This document shows positions 10,278 through 20,426 of a stretch of DNA of 64,000 nucleotides, in pieces (within the stretch, counting starts at the first letter, position 1; every line of letters starts with the position of its first letter). The notes beneath the pieces were generated by a model. It saw nothing but the letters and a program-made list of their open reading frames with translations, made no database searches and was not told the DNA's origin. This stretch comes from Pseudomonadota bacterium (GTDB lineage Bacteria > Pseudomonadota > Alphaproteobacteria > Rhodobacterales > Rhodobacteraceae), in NCBI GenBank assembly GCA_038529225.1, contig JBCBDZ010000001.1, positions 31,496-95,495 of the forward strand. The letters are read 5' to 3'. The position numbers and the translations under genes are program-made.

Positions 10278-11378
10278 ATGAGCACTGCCCTCTTTCAGCA
10301 GTACCAGGCCAAGCGACATTTCGGCAGCCTCGACGGATTGCGCTTTATCTGCATCACGGCCGTGATCTGGCACCACAGCGCATGGGGCGCAGAGTTCGGG
10401 GCCGAGACCCTGCTGCTGGCGCGCGGTTTCCTTGGTGTGGATTTCTTCTTTGTTATCAGCGGCTTTCTGATCACCACGCTGCTGTTACGCGAAGAACAGA
10501 CCCACGGCTATTTCGATCTGCGCCATTTCTATTGGCGTCGGTTGCTACGGATCGTCCCTATCTATTTCCTGGTGGTGGCTGTGAACACGTGCTTTGCCGT
10601 GTTTGTCCAGGGACAGCCCGAGAAGCTGGTGCTTCTGCCCTACTATCTCTTGTTTGTCTCGAATTTCCTGACCGAACACATTCCGAACCTGTCGATCACC
10701 TGGTCGCTGGCCGTGGAAGAACAATACTACCTCATCTGGCCCGTGCTGCTGATGCTCATCCCGCGGCGCTGGATCCTGCCGGTTCTGCTCGGGCTGATCA
10801 CGGTCAATGTGCTGGGCCACATGGGGTGGCTGGATTGGACCGGTATCACCCGCATGACCTTCGGGCCCATGACGCTGCACCTGCCGCCCTATGCGCCCAT
10901 TCTGATGGGGTCTGTGGTGGCCCTCGTTTTGAACAACCCCCACGGTTTTACTTTATTAGAGCCACTTTTGGCTCGGCGCGGTGCCGTCATTGTCAGTTTC
11001 GGGCTGCTGGTGTTGGCGCTGATGTTTCTGCCGGGGCGCGTGCTGGGCTGGCCCGCCTTCGTGATCCACTGTGCGATGTGTCTTGTGCTGACAAGTGCCG
11101 TAATGCGCGAGGATCATGCGCTCAGGGGGGTGCTTGCCTATCCCGCCATCGCGCGCATCGGGCAGATCAGCTACGGGATGTATCTCTACCACCTGATGTT
11201 TCTGACCGTGGGGTTCGAAATCCTGAACGCCCTTGGTCTCTATTCAGCGCCCGCATTGTTCTTTTTCTACTTCGCGCTCACCGTCATCGCAGCCGAGATC
11301 AGTTTTCGAACCTATGAACGCTGGTTCATGCGGCTGCGCCCGCGCCTGCGGCCCGCCTGGGCCAGAGAAGCAGCATAG
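10278..11378 (+). CDS. Acyltransferase family 3 (O-acyltransferase, no SGNH domain)
   Basis: LDGLRFI, GVDFFFVISGFLIT, WSLAVEEQYY and GQISYGMYLYH. Start at MSTALF. Confidence 0.9.
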   Translation: MSTALFQQYQAKRHFGSLDGLRFICITAVIWHHSAWGAEFGAETLLLARGFLGVDFFFVISGFLITTLLLREEQTHGYFDLRHFYWRRLLRIVPIYFLVVAVNTCFAVFVQGQPEKLVLLPYYLLFVSNFLTEHIPNLSITWSLAVEEQYYLIWPVLLMLIPRRWILPVLLGLITVNVLGHMGWLDWTGITRMTFGPMTLHLPPYAPILMGSVVALVLNNPHGFTLLEPLLARRGAVIVSFGLLVLALMFLPGRVLGWPAFVIHCAMCLVLTSAVMREDHALRGVLAYPAIARIGQISYGMYLYHLMFLTVGFEILNALGLYSAPALFFFYFALTVIAAEISFRTYERWFMRLRPRLRPAWAREAA

Positions 11379-11379
11379 C

Positions 11380-12630
11380 CTAGCGTTCGGGCGTCTCCGC
11401 AAACAGATCCAGCAAGCGGGCCGCTTCGGTGTGAATGTTGAACGCGTCCGCGACTTTGGTGCGGCCCGCCTTACCCATGCGCTGGCGTGTGGCCGGATCC
11501 GAGGCCAGCGCAGCAATCTTTTCGCCCAGCGGGGCCGCGTCGCCCGGGTGCACGAGATGCCCATGCACTCCGTCCTCCACCAGCTCCCCCACACCGGCCA
11601 CTGTTGTGGCGATCACGGGCACTTCGCTGGCCATGGCTTCCATGAGGACAACCGGCACGCCTTCGGCAAAGGAAGGGAGCACAAAGATATCCGTCGCACG
11701 CATCAGCTCGGCCACCTCGGCCTGGGATTTATAGCCGACAAAGGACACATGTTCCCCAAGCGGAGCGGCCACTGCTTCCAGCCGTTTACGTTCCGGTCCA
11801 TCGCCCACGATTGTCAGTCTGAGGTGCGGGAGATCGCGGACCAACATGCCAAGGGCCTCGAGCAGCATGTCGATCCCCTTGACCGGTGCAAGACGGCCTA
11901 CAAACAAAAGCCGTATCTCATCGTCATCCCGCGGCTCGGCCCGCGGTGCATAGGCCGACGGGTTGATACCGCAATGGATGATCTTGATCTTGTCCCAATC
12001 TGCAGGATCGGAGTGGAACATGATCTGGCTGCGCGCAAAATGGCTGATGGTCGAGACAAAACGCGCACGCTTGGTTTTCTCTCTCAGCGCCCACTTGACC
12101 GGTTCAAACAGGTCCGCAGGGCCGTGCAAGGTAAAGCTGAACGGGATGCCCGTCATTTCAGAGGTCAGCATCGACACGGTGGCAGAACCCGCGATGAAGT
12201 GATTGTGGATGCAATCAACTCTCTTGCGCTCAAGATATCGCGCTAGCACCGTCGCCTCGAGAAAATAGACCATCTGGCGCATGAGCCCCGACGCTCCCGG
12301 CCCACGGGTGGCAAGAGCCAGCCGCAATGCGCCGAAATAGCGCCCCGGCGCATGAAACAGCCGCGACTGACAGGCCAGCAATCGCAGAGGGTTGCGCGCC
12401 GCCCTGAGCACATAAAACGTCGTGGCCGCGGCCCGTTTTTCCGACGGGCCAGGATGCTGTTCGGCGGGTGTTTGCCGGATCGCACAGGTCAGCACGTCAG
12501 CCCCCAGATCGCGCAGCGCCTCGATCTCGCGCAGGATAAAGGTCAGGGATACTTCGGGGAAATTGCCCGTCAGGTAGGCGATGCGTGGCACCCTGTCTTC
12601 AGCAGGTTTCTGTGTGTCTTGGGGTTCCAT
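11380..12630 (-). CDS. Glycosyltransferase family 4 (WcaL-like)
   Basis: VGRLAPVKG, VGDGPER, LPSFAEGVPVVLMEAM. The start overlaps the upstream stop (TAATG). Confidence 0.9.
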   Translation of the reverse strand: MEPQDTQKPAEDRVPRIAYLTGNFPEVSLTFILREIEALRDLGADVLTCAIRQTPAEQHPGPSEKRAAATTFYVLRAARNPLRLLACQSRLFHAPGRYFGALRLALATRGPGASGLMRQMVYFLEATVLARYLERKRVDCIHNHFIAGSATVSMLTSEMTGIPFSFTLHGPADLFEPVKWALREKTKRARFVSTISHFARSQIMFHSDPADWDKIKIIHCGINPSAYAPRAEPRDDDEIRLLFVGRLAPVKGIDMLLEALGMLVRDLPHLRLTIVGDGPERKRLEAVAAPLGEHVSFVGYKSQAEVAELMRATDIFVLPSFAEGVPVVLMEAMASEVPVIATTVAGVGELVEDGVHGHLVHPGDAAPLGEKIAALASDPATRQRMGKAGRTKVADAFNIHTEAARLLDLFAETPER

Positions 12631-13928
12631 TACGTTCTTTTCGTCAGTCCACATAGCCAGGGCACCAGCGCCCAGGGCTTCAGCCCGCCGTAATCCGGCC
12701 CGGCCTTGCGCACGCGGTCGGGCAGGTCGGGTCGCTCAAAACTTGTGGTCGGGGTCTGGCAGGCCCCGTCCGGGCCAGCGCCCTGGATCAACAGCGTCAG
12801 TTCAGCCAGATGCAGGTGAAAATCACTACCCGGAAGGTGCGGGCGATCCGTTTTGATGGCGTCGGCCAGCTCTGCCAGACCGATGGATTTGTCTTGCCAG
12901 CCGCGCTGTGCGGCCTTCCATCTTGTAAAGATCCCTCCGGCAGGGCGCACGATCCCGGGGCTGCCGGGCGGCTGCGCCTCGGCCAAGGGTATACGCCCTC
13001 CGCCGACACCGGTCAGGCGCTGCAGAAATGTGTTTTCCCGAACCACGCGCAGATTGCGGGCCTTGAGCGGCACAGGATCGAACGGTTCCAGCCGCACCGG
13101 GCAGCGGTAATCGCGATAGGTGTCCGCACTCAGTACGCCGCGGTTGCCGATGATCCGCATCTGGTGGTCAGTAGGGGCAGCAATCGAGCAGGTGATGCGG
13201 CCGACAACGCCGCTCTGGAAATCCAGGCAGGCGACCGAGAAATCCGGTGTATCCGCAGGATCGAGTGTTTCATCGGTCTTGTCCGGCAGCGTGGCCTTGG
13301 AAAACGATGTCACCCGGCGCACGGGGCCAAAGATCGCGCACATCCACGACAGGTGATAGCCCACATGTTCCCAGGTGCAGCCCATCTCGTATTCATGCAA
13401 GTACGGCCAGGACGCCCCGGAGCGCGAGCGCCAGGTTTCCGGTTTCAGCAGATAGACGGGGTTGTCATCGAACTCGGCATAGACCATCCGCACGTCCCCG
13501 ACCGCACCGTCCTCGACCGCCTTCCACAGCGTCAGCGCCGTGGGTGAGAGCAGATTGGACGGGGCCACGGACAGGCGCAGATTCTGTTGGCGCGCCAGGT
13601 CCACCAGCATCCGGGCCGAGGCGAGATCCATCGCCATCGGTTTTTCGGAATAGACGTGCCTCCCCGCCAGCAAGGCAGCCTTGCTGACCTCCACATGGCT
13701 TTCGATCGAGGTGAAATTCGCCACGATGGTAATGTCATCATCGGCCAGCAGCGCCTCCACGCTGTCATAGACGCGCAGACTGTAGAACGCACCAACCTGA
13801 CGGGCGCGGGTGGCGTTTCGATCAAAGACACCGGCAATCTCGATTCCCGCATGCTGGTCAAACGTGGTCATGTAGTGGTCAAAGACATAACCGCAGCCGA
13901 TCACGCCGATTTTCATAGGAGTATTCAT
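12630..13928 (-). CDS. Gfo/Idh/MocA family oxidoreductase
   Basis: IGVIGCG and HVYSEKPMA motifs. ATGA overlap with the upstream gene. Confidence 0.88.
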   Translation of the reverse strand: MNTPMKIGVIGCGYVFDHYMTTFDQHAGIEIAGVFDRNATRARQVGAFYSLRVYDSVEALLADDDITIVANFTSIESHVEVSKAALLAGRHVYSEKPMAMDLASARMLVDLARQQNLRLSVAPSNLLSPTALTLWKAVEDGAVGDVRMVYAEFDDNPVYLLKPETWRSRSGASWPYLHEYEMGCTWEHVGYHLSWMCAIFGPVRRVTSFSKATLPDKTDETLDPADTPDFSVACLDFQSGVVGRITCSIAAPTDHQMRIIGNRGVLSADTYRDYRCPVRLEPFDPVPLKARNLRVVRENTFLQRLTGVGGGRIPLAEAQPPGSPGIVRPAGGIFTRWKAAQRGWQDKSIGLAELADAIKTDRPHLPGSDFHLHLAELTLLIQGAGPDGACQTPTTSFERPDLPDRVRKAGPDYGGLKPWALVPWLCGLTKRT

Positions 13929-15004
13929 GTGGGCATCCCCCACGCGCTGCGGGCGCGGTCGATGAGGTCCATGACCTCCACGCTCTGATCCAGCGGCATC
14001 GCCTCGGCCTCGACCCGGCCCGTGCGCACACAGTCCATCATCGCTTTGGCCTGGTAGTGATAGCCATTGCCGGCAAAGGCGACCGGCAGGGTCTGCCGGG
14101 ACCTGGCGGCGCGCAAGCGTCCCAGCATCTGCCCGAGTTTCAGGCCCGTATGGCTTTCCCGAAACCGTTCGAGCTTGCGCGGCGACGCGCGGCCCTGGGC
14201 GTGCGCTGGTGTGGTGCGGGTCACATATGCACCGAGCGGGCGATAGATCGGGCCCTCAAGATGCAGCGTGCCACGCGTACCGGACAGGGTCGCACCCTCC
14301 CGACCCGTGCAGCGCAGGCTGGAGCGGATGGTGGACATTGCACCGTTCTCATGCCGCAAGACCAGCACCGCCTCTTCGTCAACACCGGTGGTGCCGATCT
14401 GGCCCAGCGTGTCCATCTCCTGGACAGGTCCCAGAAAGTGGCGCGCGAGCGACAAGGGATAGACCCCGCGGTGCAACAGCGATCCGCCACCTGCCGCAGG
14501 ATCAAAGAGGCTGACGCCTTCGGCCGGTACATTGGCCGCCATAAAGCGCGCATCAAAGGCGCGGATCTCGCCCAGATGTCCCGACTGCAGCATATCCTGC
14601 ACGGCTCCGGCAAAGGGTTGAAACCGGGTCCAGAGCGCCTCGATGCAAGGCACGCCCGCTTCACGGGCGGTGTTGACAATCCGCCTTGCCGCCCCGGCGT
14701 TGAGCGCAATTGGTTTTTCGATCAGGACGGGCTTGCCGGCGGATATCGCCATGAGCGCATGCGCTTCATGCACTGCGGGGGGCGTCGCGATATAGACGGC
14801 GTCGACGTCCAGGCGCACTGCTTCGGCGTAGTCCTCGGCCACATGCGGGACGCCGAGGCTCTGGGCAAAATGTGTCGCGTTCTCAACGCGCCGGGATGCA
14901 ACCACATGGGCCGACGCCCCGGCATGGCGGAGATCCAGCACAAACTTCCGAGACACCTCACCGGTGCCCAGAATTGCCCACCGAAAGGGTCCGGCATCAC
15001 TCAC
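13925..15004 (-). CDS. Gfo/Idh/MocA family oxidoreductase
   Basis: WAILGTG, YIATPP..H, VLIEKPIA and GGGSLLHRGVY. GTG start with AAGGGAG RBS. Confidence 0.88.
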   Translation of the reverse strand: MSDAGPFRWAILGTGEVSRKFVLDLRHAGASAHVVASRRVENATHFAQSLGVPHVAEDYAEAVRLDVDAVYIATPPAVHEAHALMAISAGKPVLIEKPIALNAGAARRIVNTAREAGVPCIEALWTRFQPFAGAVQDMLQSGHLGEIRAFDARFMAANVPAEGVSLFDPAAGGGSLLHRGVYPLSLARHFLGPVQEMDTLGQIGTTGVDEEAVLVLRHENGAMSTIRSSLRCTGREGATLSGTRGTLHLEGPIYRPLGAYVTRTTPAHAQGRASPRKLERFRESHTGLKLGQMLGRLRAARSRQTLPVAFAGNGYHYQAKAMMDCVRTGRVEAEAMPLDQSVEVMDLIDRARSAWGMPT

Positions 15005-15177
15005 GTGGGCACATCTCCCTTTGCGGTAAAGACCCTCAGCGATCGCATGACGCGCAGCCCATTGCCTATCGCGCACCAGATCATTGCCCAGCTAGCGTCA
15101 ATCCGGACCCGTGTAAATGTCATGTGCCGCAGCCTATGGCGAACGCGGTTGAGCGCAACCCGGCAAGACGCGCCGTT

Positions 15178-16350
15178 TCACGGCTGGCCCTGATGATGGC
15201 AAGAGGCAGGGCGCGCCAGAACAGGTGCGATCACCTGCGCGAGGCTTTGCGCGGCCAGGCTGTGACCATCCGCATCAAGATGGGTGTAGTCCCCCGGGAT
15301 GTAGTAGGGCCTCGAGAGGGGGCCATGGTCCTGCCGCCCCTGTCGTAGTGCGGCACCAACGGAGACGAACGGCAGGTCAAACGCTGCGGCGATGCGCGCA
15401 AGCTCTTCTTCTGCATCCCCTGTGAGGCGCGCTTTCGGCACAAACTTCAGGTTATCGAGCCGCATGTCACCGATTTCGAACCGCGGCGGCAGATAGCCCA
15501 TGATGAGGCAGCTGCCCAGCGATCGGGTTCTGGTCTTCAGATCCCACAGCGCGCTCTCGAATTCCGCCCACATCTGTGGGCCAAACGCAGCGGGCATATC
15601 AGGCTGCTGCCATCCATAGGCCAAGAGCGGCGACAGCGGTGCATCCACCGAAACCCGATGCCCGAGAAGGCCCAACGCGTATTTTCCGAACTCCACATTC
15701 AGCGACACCGCCTTCCACAGGGCCGAAGACTGAACGATATGCGCGATACGCGTCTTCACGCTGCGCGCGGGCCTTCGGTCCTGAGCCCGCAATGCCTTTG
15801 CCCGTGCCGCTGGGTCGCCCACCGCCGTGTCCTTTCGAAACTCCGTGAAGCTGACCATGTTGGTCGTCACCATCAGAACGATCACCGGCGGCGGTGTGGG
15901 GTCGGACCAAAGCGTATCCAGCCCGCGCAACATCTGACGCGGCTCACTACCCTCGACCCCGGCATTGCGCACGACGACGGGCACGGCGAGATGGGTGTTC
16001 AGCTGCAGCGGCCACGTGTCTTCGGCCCCGACGCCTGTGCCGAATGTCGTTGAATCGCCCAGGGCCAGAATCTGCGGCGGCTTTGTCACCTCTGTGCCCT
16101 CCGGGATGCGATAGGCTTTCTCGGTCAGAATGATCTTGTGCCCGCCGGTCATGTCAGGCGCATAGACCAGCCCCGCGAGGTTGGGCCAGAACAGGCGCAA
16201 GCCCAGTTCAGTCAACACGAGGCTGATACACAGTGCCACGATGATCCATTTTTCGTGCCGCAGCAGATCCCAAAGCACGTGCAGCATCGCGCGCGCACCG
16301 GAAAAACCAGCGCCGGTTTCGCTTGGATCAGGTGTTTCGCGCAATGTCAT
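15178..16350 (-). CDS. SGNH/GDSL family protein (AlgJ/AlgX-like periplasmic O-acetyltransferase partner)
   Basis: N-terminal TM, GDSTTFG and DYTHLDADGH motifs. Directly downstream of an MBOAT gene. Confidence 0.8.
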   Translation of the reverse strand: MTLRETPDPSETGAGFSGARAMLHVLWDLLRHEKWIIVALCISLVLTELGLRLFWPNLAGLVYAPDMTGGHKIILTEKAYRIPEGTEVTKPPQILALGDSTTFGTGVGAEDTWPLQLNTHLAVPVVVRNAGVEGSEPRQMLRGLDTLWSDPTPPPVIVLMVTTNMVSFTEFRKDTAVGDPAARAKALRAQDRRPARSVKTRIAHIVQSSALWKAVSLNVEFGKYALGLLGHRVSVDAPLSPLLAYGWQQPDMPAAFGPQMWAEFESALWDLKTRTRSLGSCLIMGYLPPRFEIGDMRLDNLKFVPKARLTGDAEEELARIAAAFDLPFVSVGAALRQGRQDHGPLSRPYYIPGDYTHLDADGHSLAAQSLAQVIAPVLARPASCHHQGQP

Positions 16351-16358
16351 AAGGCTGC

Positions 16359-17744
16359 CTAGAATTGGAAATAGATGAACTCAACATTGACCGTACCCCG
16401 GAAGACAAGCGGAAAGAGCGCACAGGCCGCCAACGTGACCAACAGCGCCAGACGCGGCGAGGCTTTGATCACGGCGATCCAGCGGGCGCGTAATCCCGTC
16501 AACTCGACCACCAGCAGAAGCGCGATGATAAAGACGGGCCAGCCGGGTGCAAACGCAAACCCCTCTGACCAGAACAGAATGCGCTGCATGATCGTGACCG
16601 CCGTCTCGAGATCCGGTGCACGGAACAGGATCCAGGAAATACACACCAGGTGAAATGTCACAAACCACCGCAAGACAGTTACCGGAATTGATCTTGGCCG
16701 ATGATGCGCCAACCCGATCATGCGTTCCAAGGACAGGATGGCGCCATGAAAGACCCCCCAAACCACCCAGTTCCAGCCCGCGCCATGCCACAGCCCCCCC
16801 AGCACCATGGTGATGAGTAGGTTGAAATATGTACGCACGGATCCTTTTCGGTTCCCGCCCAGGCTGACATAGAGATAATCCCGCAACCACGTGGACAGGC
16901 TGATGTGCCAGCGCCGCCAGAATTCGGCGATGGAGAGCGACAGATAGGGCGTATCAAAGTTGCGCGGAAGGGTGATCCCCAACATCAACGCGCTCCCGAT
17001 GGCGATATCGGTATAGCCCGAGAAATCGAAATAAATTTGTGCTGCAAAGGCATATGTCGCCGTAAGCAGCGCCAGCCCGGACATCGTCTCCGGGTTGGCA
17101 TATGCTTCGTTTACGATTGGTGCCATCGCATCTGCAAAAAAGACTTTCTTGCAAAGCCCCCAAACCACAAGCGCGATACCGGCGCGGATCAGAGCAGGCT
17201 GAAGGCTGTGCGCCTTGTGGATTTGTGGCACCAGGACATCGGCGCGAATAATTGGGCCAGCCACCAGCTGTGGAAAGAATGACACATAAAGTGCCACATC
17301 CACCGGATCGCGAAACGCCGAGAGTTTTCCACGATACACATCAATTGTATAACTCATTGTTTGAAAAGTATAAAAACTTATGCCGAGTGGTAGGACAAGA
17401 TCTAGCATTGGCCAAGGTGTTACCCCAACCATCTCAGAAACTGTCAAGGAGAAGAAATCTGCGTATTTAAATATTATCAGAATACCAAGATTAAAGACCA
17501 ACGAGGCAAAAAGGGCAATCCGACGCAAATTATGCCCTACTGGTGCACTTGAAATAACACGGGCAGCTATGTAATCTACAACTGTGGAGCCAACCAACAA
17601 AAGAGAAAGCTCTACGTCCCAAAACCAATAGAAAATATAGCTGGAAATTAGCAGGAAGTAACGCCTATACGCCATATTTAGTGTGAAATTAATCGACACC
17701 ACCAAAACAAGAAAAATTAGAAAATGTGTCGAATTAAATAGCAT
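16359..17744 (-). CDS. MBOAT O-acyltransferase (AlgI/DltB family)
   Basis: MLFNS..F, LPLGISFYTFQTMSY, FPQLVAGPI, YFDFSGYTD, FWRRWHISLSTWLRDY and GGLWHGA. Confidence 0.93.
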   Translation of the reverse strand: MLFNSTHFLIFLVLVVSINFTLNMAYRRYFLLISSYIFYWFWDVELSLLLVGSTVVDYIAARVISSAPVGHNLRRIALFASLVFNLGILIIFKYADFFSLTVSEMVGVTPWPMLDLVLPLGISFYTFQTMSYTIDVYRGKLSAFRDPVDVALYVSFFPQLVAGPIIRADVLVPQIHKAHSLQPALIRAGIALVVWGLCKKVFFADAMAPIVNEAYANPETMSGLALLTATYAFAAQIYFDFSGYTDIAIGSALMLGITLPRNFDTPYLSLSIAEFWRRWHISLSTWLRDYLYVSLGGNRKGSVRTYFNLLITMVLGGLWHGAGWNWVVWGVFHGAILSLERMIGLAHHRPRSIPVTVLRWFVTFHLVCISWILFRAPDLETAVTIMQRILFWSEGFAFAPGWPVFIIALLLVVELTGLRARWIAVIKASPRLALLVTLAACALFPLVFRGTVNVEFIYFQF

Positions 17745-18047
17745 TTATGATAGAAAATTCATGGCACTCAGCATGGGTGGCGCCTATCCCAGACTGGCCT
17801 TTTTGTCACGCCGCTTCCGTACATGCCACCTCAGGAGAGCCTTTGACTTGAGGCCTGGAACAAACGCAGGGCTGCATGGAAGACCGCATGATGTTCTCTC
17901 TTGGGTCACCAGAGTTCTACAGTGAGGTGATTGGGCCGGTCATGTGTCGATGCCGCCAGTTTCGAACAGTTCGGAGGTCGAAACCATGTCTGCCTCGGCA
18001 CGAGCCAGACCCCGATCGGGCACCATACCAAGCTTTGAGGCAAGACC

Positions 18048-20393
18048 CTAGAATACGACTTCAAATGCGCCGATCGACGGGTATTGCGGTCGAGCGAAGC
18101 CGTAAAAGTCATCCAAAGCCGTCAACCCTGATATAGCAGCTCCGAGCGCTGTTGAACCGGTTTGCGGCGCAGCACTCCACACAATGTGATTTGCTGTCCC
18201 GTATTCGGAGCGGAAGTCAGGCAATCCTGACGTGGCAAGGTTCAGACGCACCTCTTGCCCGGTCAACCAAGTGCTGCCAGTGTTGTTGGTGACAGTGACA
18301 CCCGTCGCATCGAATGAGAACGACACCGCACTGGCAGTGTTATTGATAAAGGCCTCATGTGCAGCGTTTGTTGCGGGGCTAGGTTCGAAGTCACTCTGAA
18401 CACGATTGCCCGGCCATGAGGTGTAGGGCACCATAACCATCTGTCCATCGGGGACATCAGCTGTCAGCGTGAAGATGTTGCTCAGATAGCCCAGATCACG
18501 CCGGCCATCATACCGGGGCTCCCACAAGGGTGCCGTGCCGATTGGGGCGCTGGGAATGTCCGGCGTTGCCAGATTGGGCTGGTGGTAAACGTTGTTCTCG
18601 AACGTCACATTCCCAAATGGCGGGTTTTGCTGGTTTGAAAACGCGGTAACTCTGGCGTCACCGCCCACTGCCTCTGCGTCCGATATCTGGTTGATGATTG
18701 TGTTGCTGTAAATGTTAACGGGTGCATCAAGATACTCCTGCGCAGTAAAGCTCGCCCCTGTTGGAACAAAGGCAGCAAGACTGATAGGTGATCCTACGCC
18801 CGCCGTCCCATAGAGCGTTCTGTCTCCCGCCTGAACCAGAAGGCAATTGCGCATTGTAAAGCCGGGATGCTCAACACGAACGGGATCGGCGGTGTAGACA
18901 CCACTAACCATTGCCGTCTTGTCCAAGATAACATTATTGATCGTTCGTTCGCTTGGGCCTCCAAGATCCATCTCGATTGCACGCCCACCACTCTCCAACG
19001 CACAGCACTGCATGTTGAGCTTGCCGCGCGGATCGCCAATCTGGTTCCAACGCACGCATGGCTGTGAGACGTGAACGCCTCGGCCAGTGGGGAACTCAGT
19101 CCAACCGTTGTTGCTGAACAGATCAGACGAGTGCATCACACACTTACCACCCCGCTCAATACGGATTGGCCCATGCGTGTTGTTGCCAGCACCGTTCTTG
19201 ACACCGCCGGACAATGCCTGCGGGTGCTGTCGAAAACGGCACCCGGTGTAGGATGTGAAGCCTTGTTGATCTTCAAACACGGCGAAATTTGCCCAGCTAT
19301 CGACGATTGTATTGTTGAAAATGAGATCAACAGTATCGGGGCCGTCCTGATGCCGCTGGTTGCGTGTGACAAGTGTATTGAACCCATTGGCAACCACGTC
19401 ATTGAACAGGATGTATGTGGCAAATCCCGTGTTGAATGTATTGTAAAACGCCTGCCCCTCAGCCTGACCAGATGGATTTGGACCACCAATCATGCCTGTT
19501 CTGGAATCGTAATAGCCATCAAGGTTAAGACCGTAAAAGACAATGTCAGTGCGCTTTCCCGGACTGCTGCGGGCTGTCTCGTCCTCCAGAAAACCAGCGG
19601 TACCGGAGTTGGAGCAAAACAGCTTCTCGGGCGTGCCTGAGCCGGGCGAGGCGCACCAGTAGAAGTTCTTGTAACCTGACCGTGGACGCAACAGGCCCGG
19701 GGCCTGATCAAAGAAATGCTGAACCTCACGATCAAACATGATGCGGTACATCTTGGTCGGGTCAGAGCCTTGCAATGTCCCCTGTAGTTCATAGGCGGCA
19801 AGTGGTGTGGCAACAGTCCTTGCCCCCGCCGGTGCCCGGGCAAACGTCGGATCCGTACTGACGAAAATCGTCCGATTACCTGCAAACAGCATATCAGGAT
19901 CGCCGACCGTGATCGAGACGGGGTTGCCCTGTTCATCGCGCAGGGACGCCAGCGCCGTCTTGCCGGACGAGGGTTCGATCACAAGGCATGTGGGGTTGTA
20001 CGAACCCGGGCGCTGATAGGTGTGTGACGCAAGCGGCCCGTAGCCCCGGTTGGCGTTCTTGTGCACGTCCGGCACATTTTCAGGCGCGGTGAACACGGAA
20101 CCCGGATCGCCAAAATCCCAGAAGTAGTAGATGTTGTGAAACTGCGGGTCATAGGGGTTTCCGGGGCTGGCCGGACCGGGCGTGTCAAATCCGTCGAGCA
20201 CCACTTCGAAGTTGACCCCCTCCGGGGCCACCTGCAACTGGCTGCGGCGCATCACGATCCGGGCGCTCTGCTGGGTGCCGGCCTGGGCCTGCACGGGCCA
20301 TCCGCCGGGCTCCGTGGTCCCGACCTCGCCATCGCTCGACAGCACAACATCTGCACCTGCGGCAAATCCCTGAAATCCGATACGCGTCGTCAT
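18048..20393 (-). CDS. PKD-like domain plus probable beta-helix carbohydrate-binding/depolymerase protein; last gene of the GTA head-spike operon
   Basis: YFWDFGD...ASHTYQRPGSY PKD motif, Asn/Gly-rich beta-strand repeats, and a C-terminal GSTALGAA...DFYGFAR...SIGAFE cap motif. No signal peptide. Confidence 0.6.
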   Translation of the reverse strand: MTTRIGFQGFAAGADVVLSSDGEVGTTEPGGWPVQAQAGTQQSARIVMRRSQLQVAPEGVNFEVVLDGFDTPGPASPGNPYDPQFHNIYYFWDFGDPGSVFTAPENVPDVHKNANRGYGPLASHTYQRPGSYNPTCLVIEPSSGKTALASLRDEQGNPVSITVGDPDMLFAGNRTIFVSTDPTFARAPAGARTVATPLAAYELQGTLQGSDPTKMYRIMFDREVQHFFDQAPGLLRPRSGYKNFYWCASPGSGTPEKLFCSNSGTAGFLEDETARSSPGKRTDIVFYGLNLDGYYDSRTGMIGGPNPSGQAEGQAFYNTFNTGFATYILFNDVVANGFNTLVTRNQRHQDGPDTVDLIFNNTIVDSWANFAVFEDQQGFTSYTGCRFRQHPQALSGGVKNGAGNNTHGPIRIERGGKCVMHSSDLFSNNGWTEFPTGRGVHVSQPCVRWNQIGDPRGKLNMQCCALESGGRAIEMDLGGPSERTINNVILDKTAMVSGVYTADPVRVEHPGFTMRNCLLVQAGDRTLYGTAGVGSPISLAAFVPTGASFTAQEYLDAPVNIYSNTIINQISDAEAVGGDARVTAFSNQQNPPFGNVTFENNVYHQPNLATPDIPSAPIGTAPLWEPRYDGRRDLGYLSNIFTLTADVPDGQMVMVPYTSWPGNRVQSDFEPSPATNAAHEAFINNTASAVSFSFDATGVTVTNNTGSTWLTGQEVRLNLATSGLPDFRSEYGTANHIVWSAAPQTGSTALGAAISGLTALDDFYGFARPQYPSIGAFEVVF

Positions 20394-20426
20394 GACACTT
20401 CTCCTGCCCGATGCATTGCTGTGATG

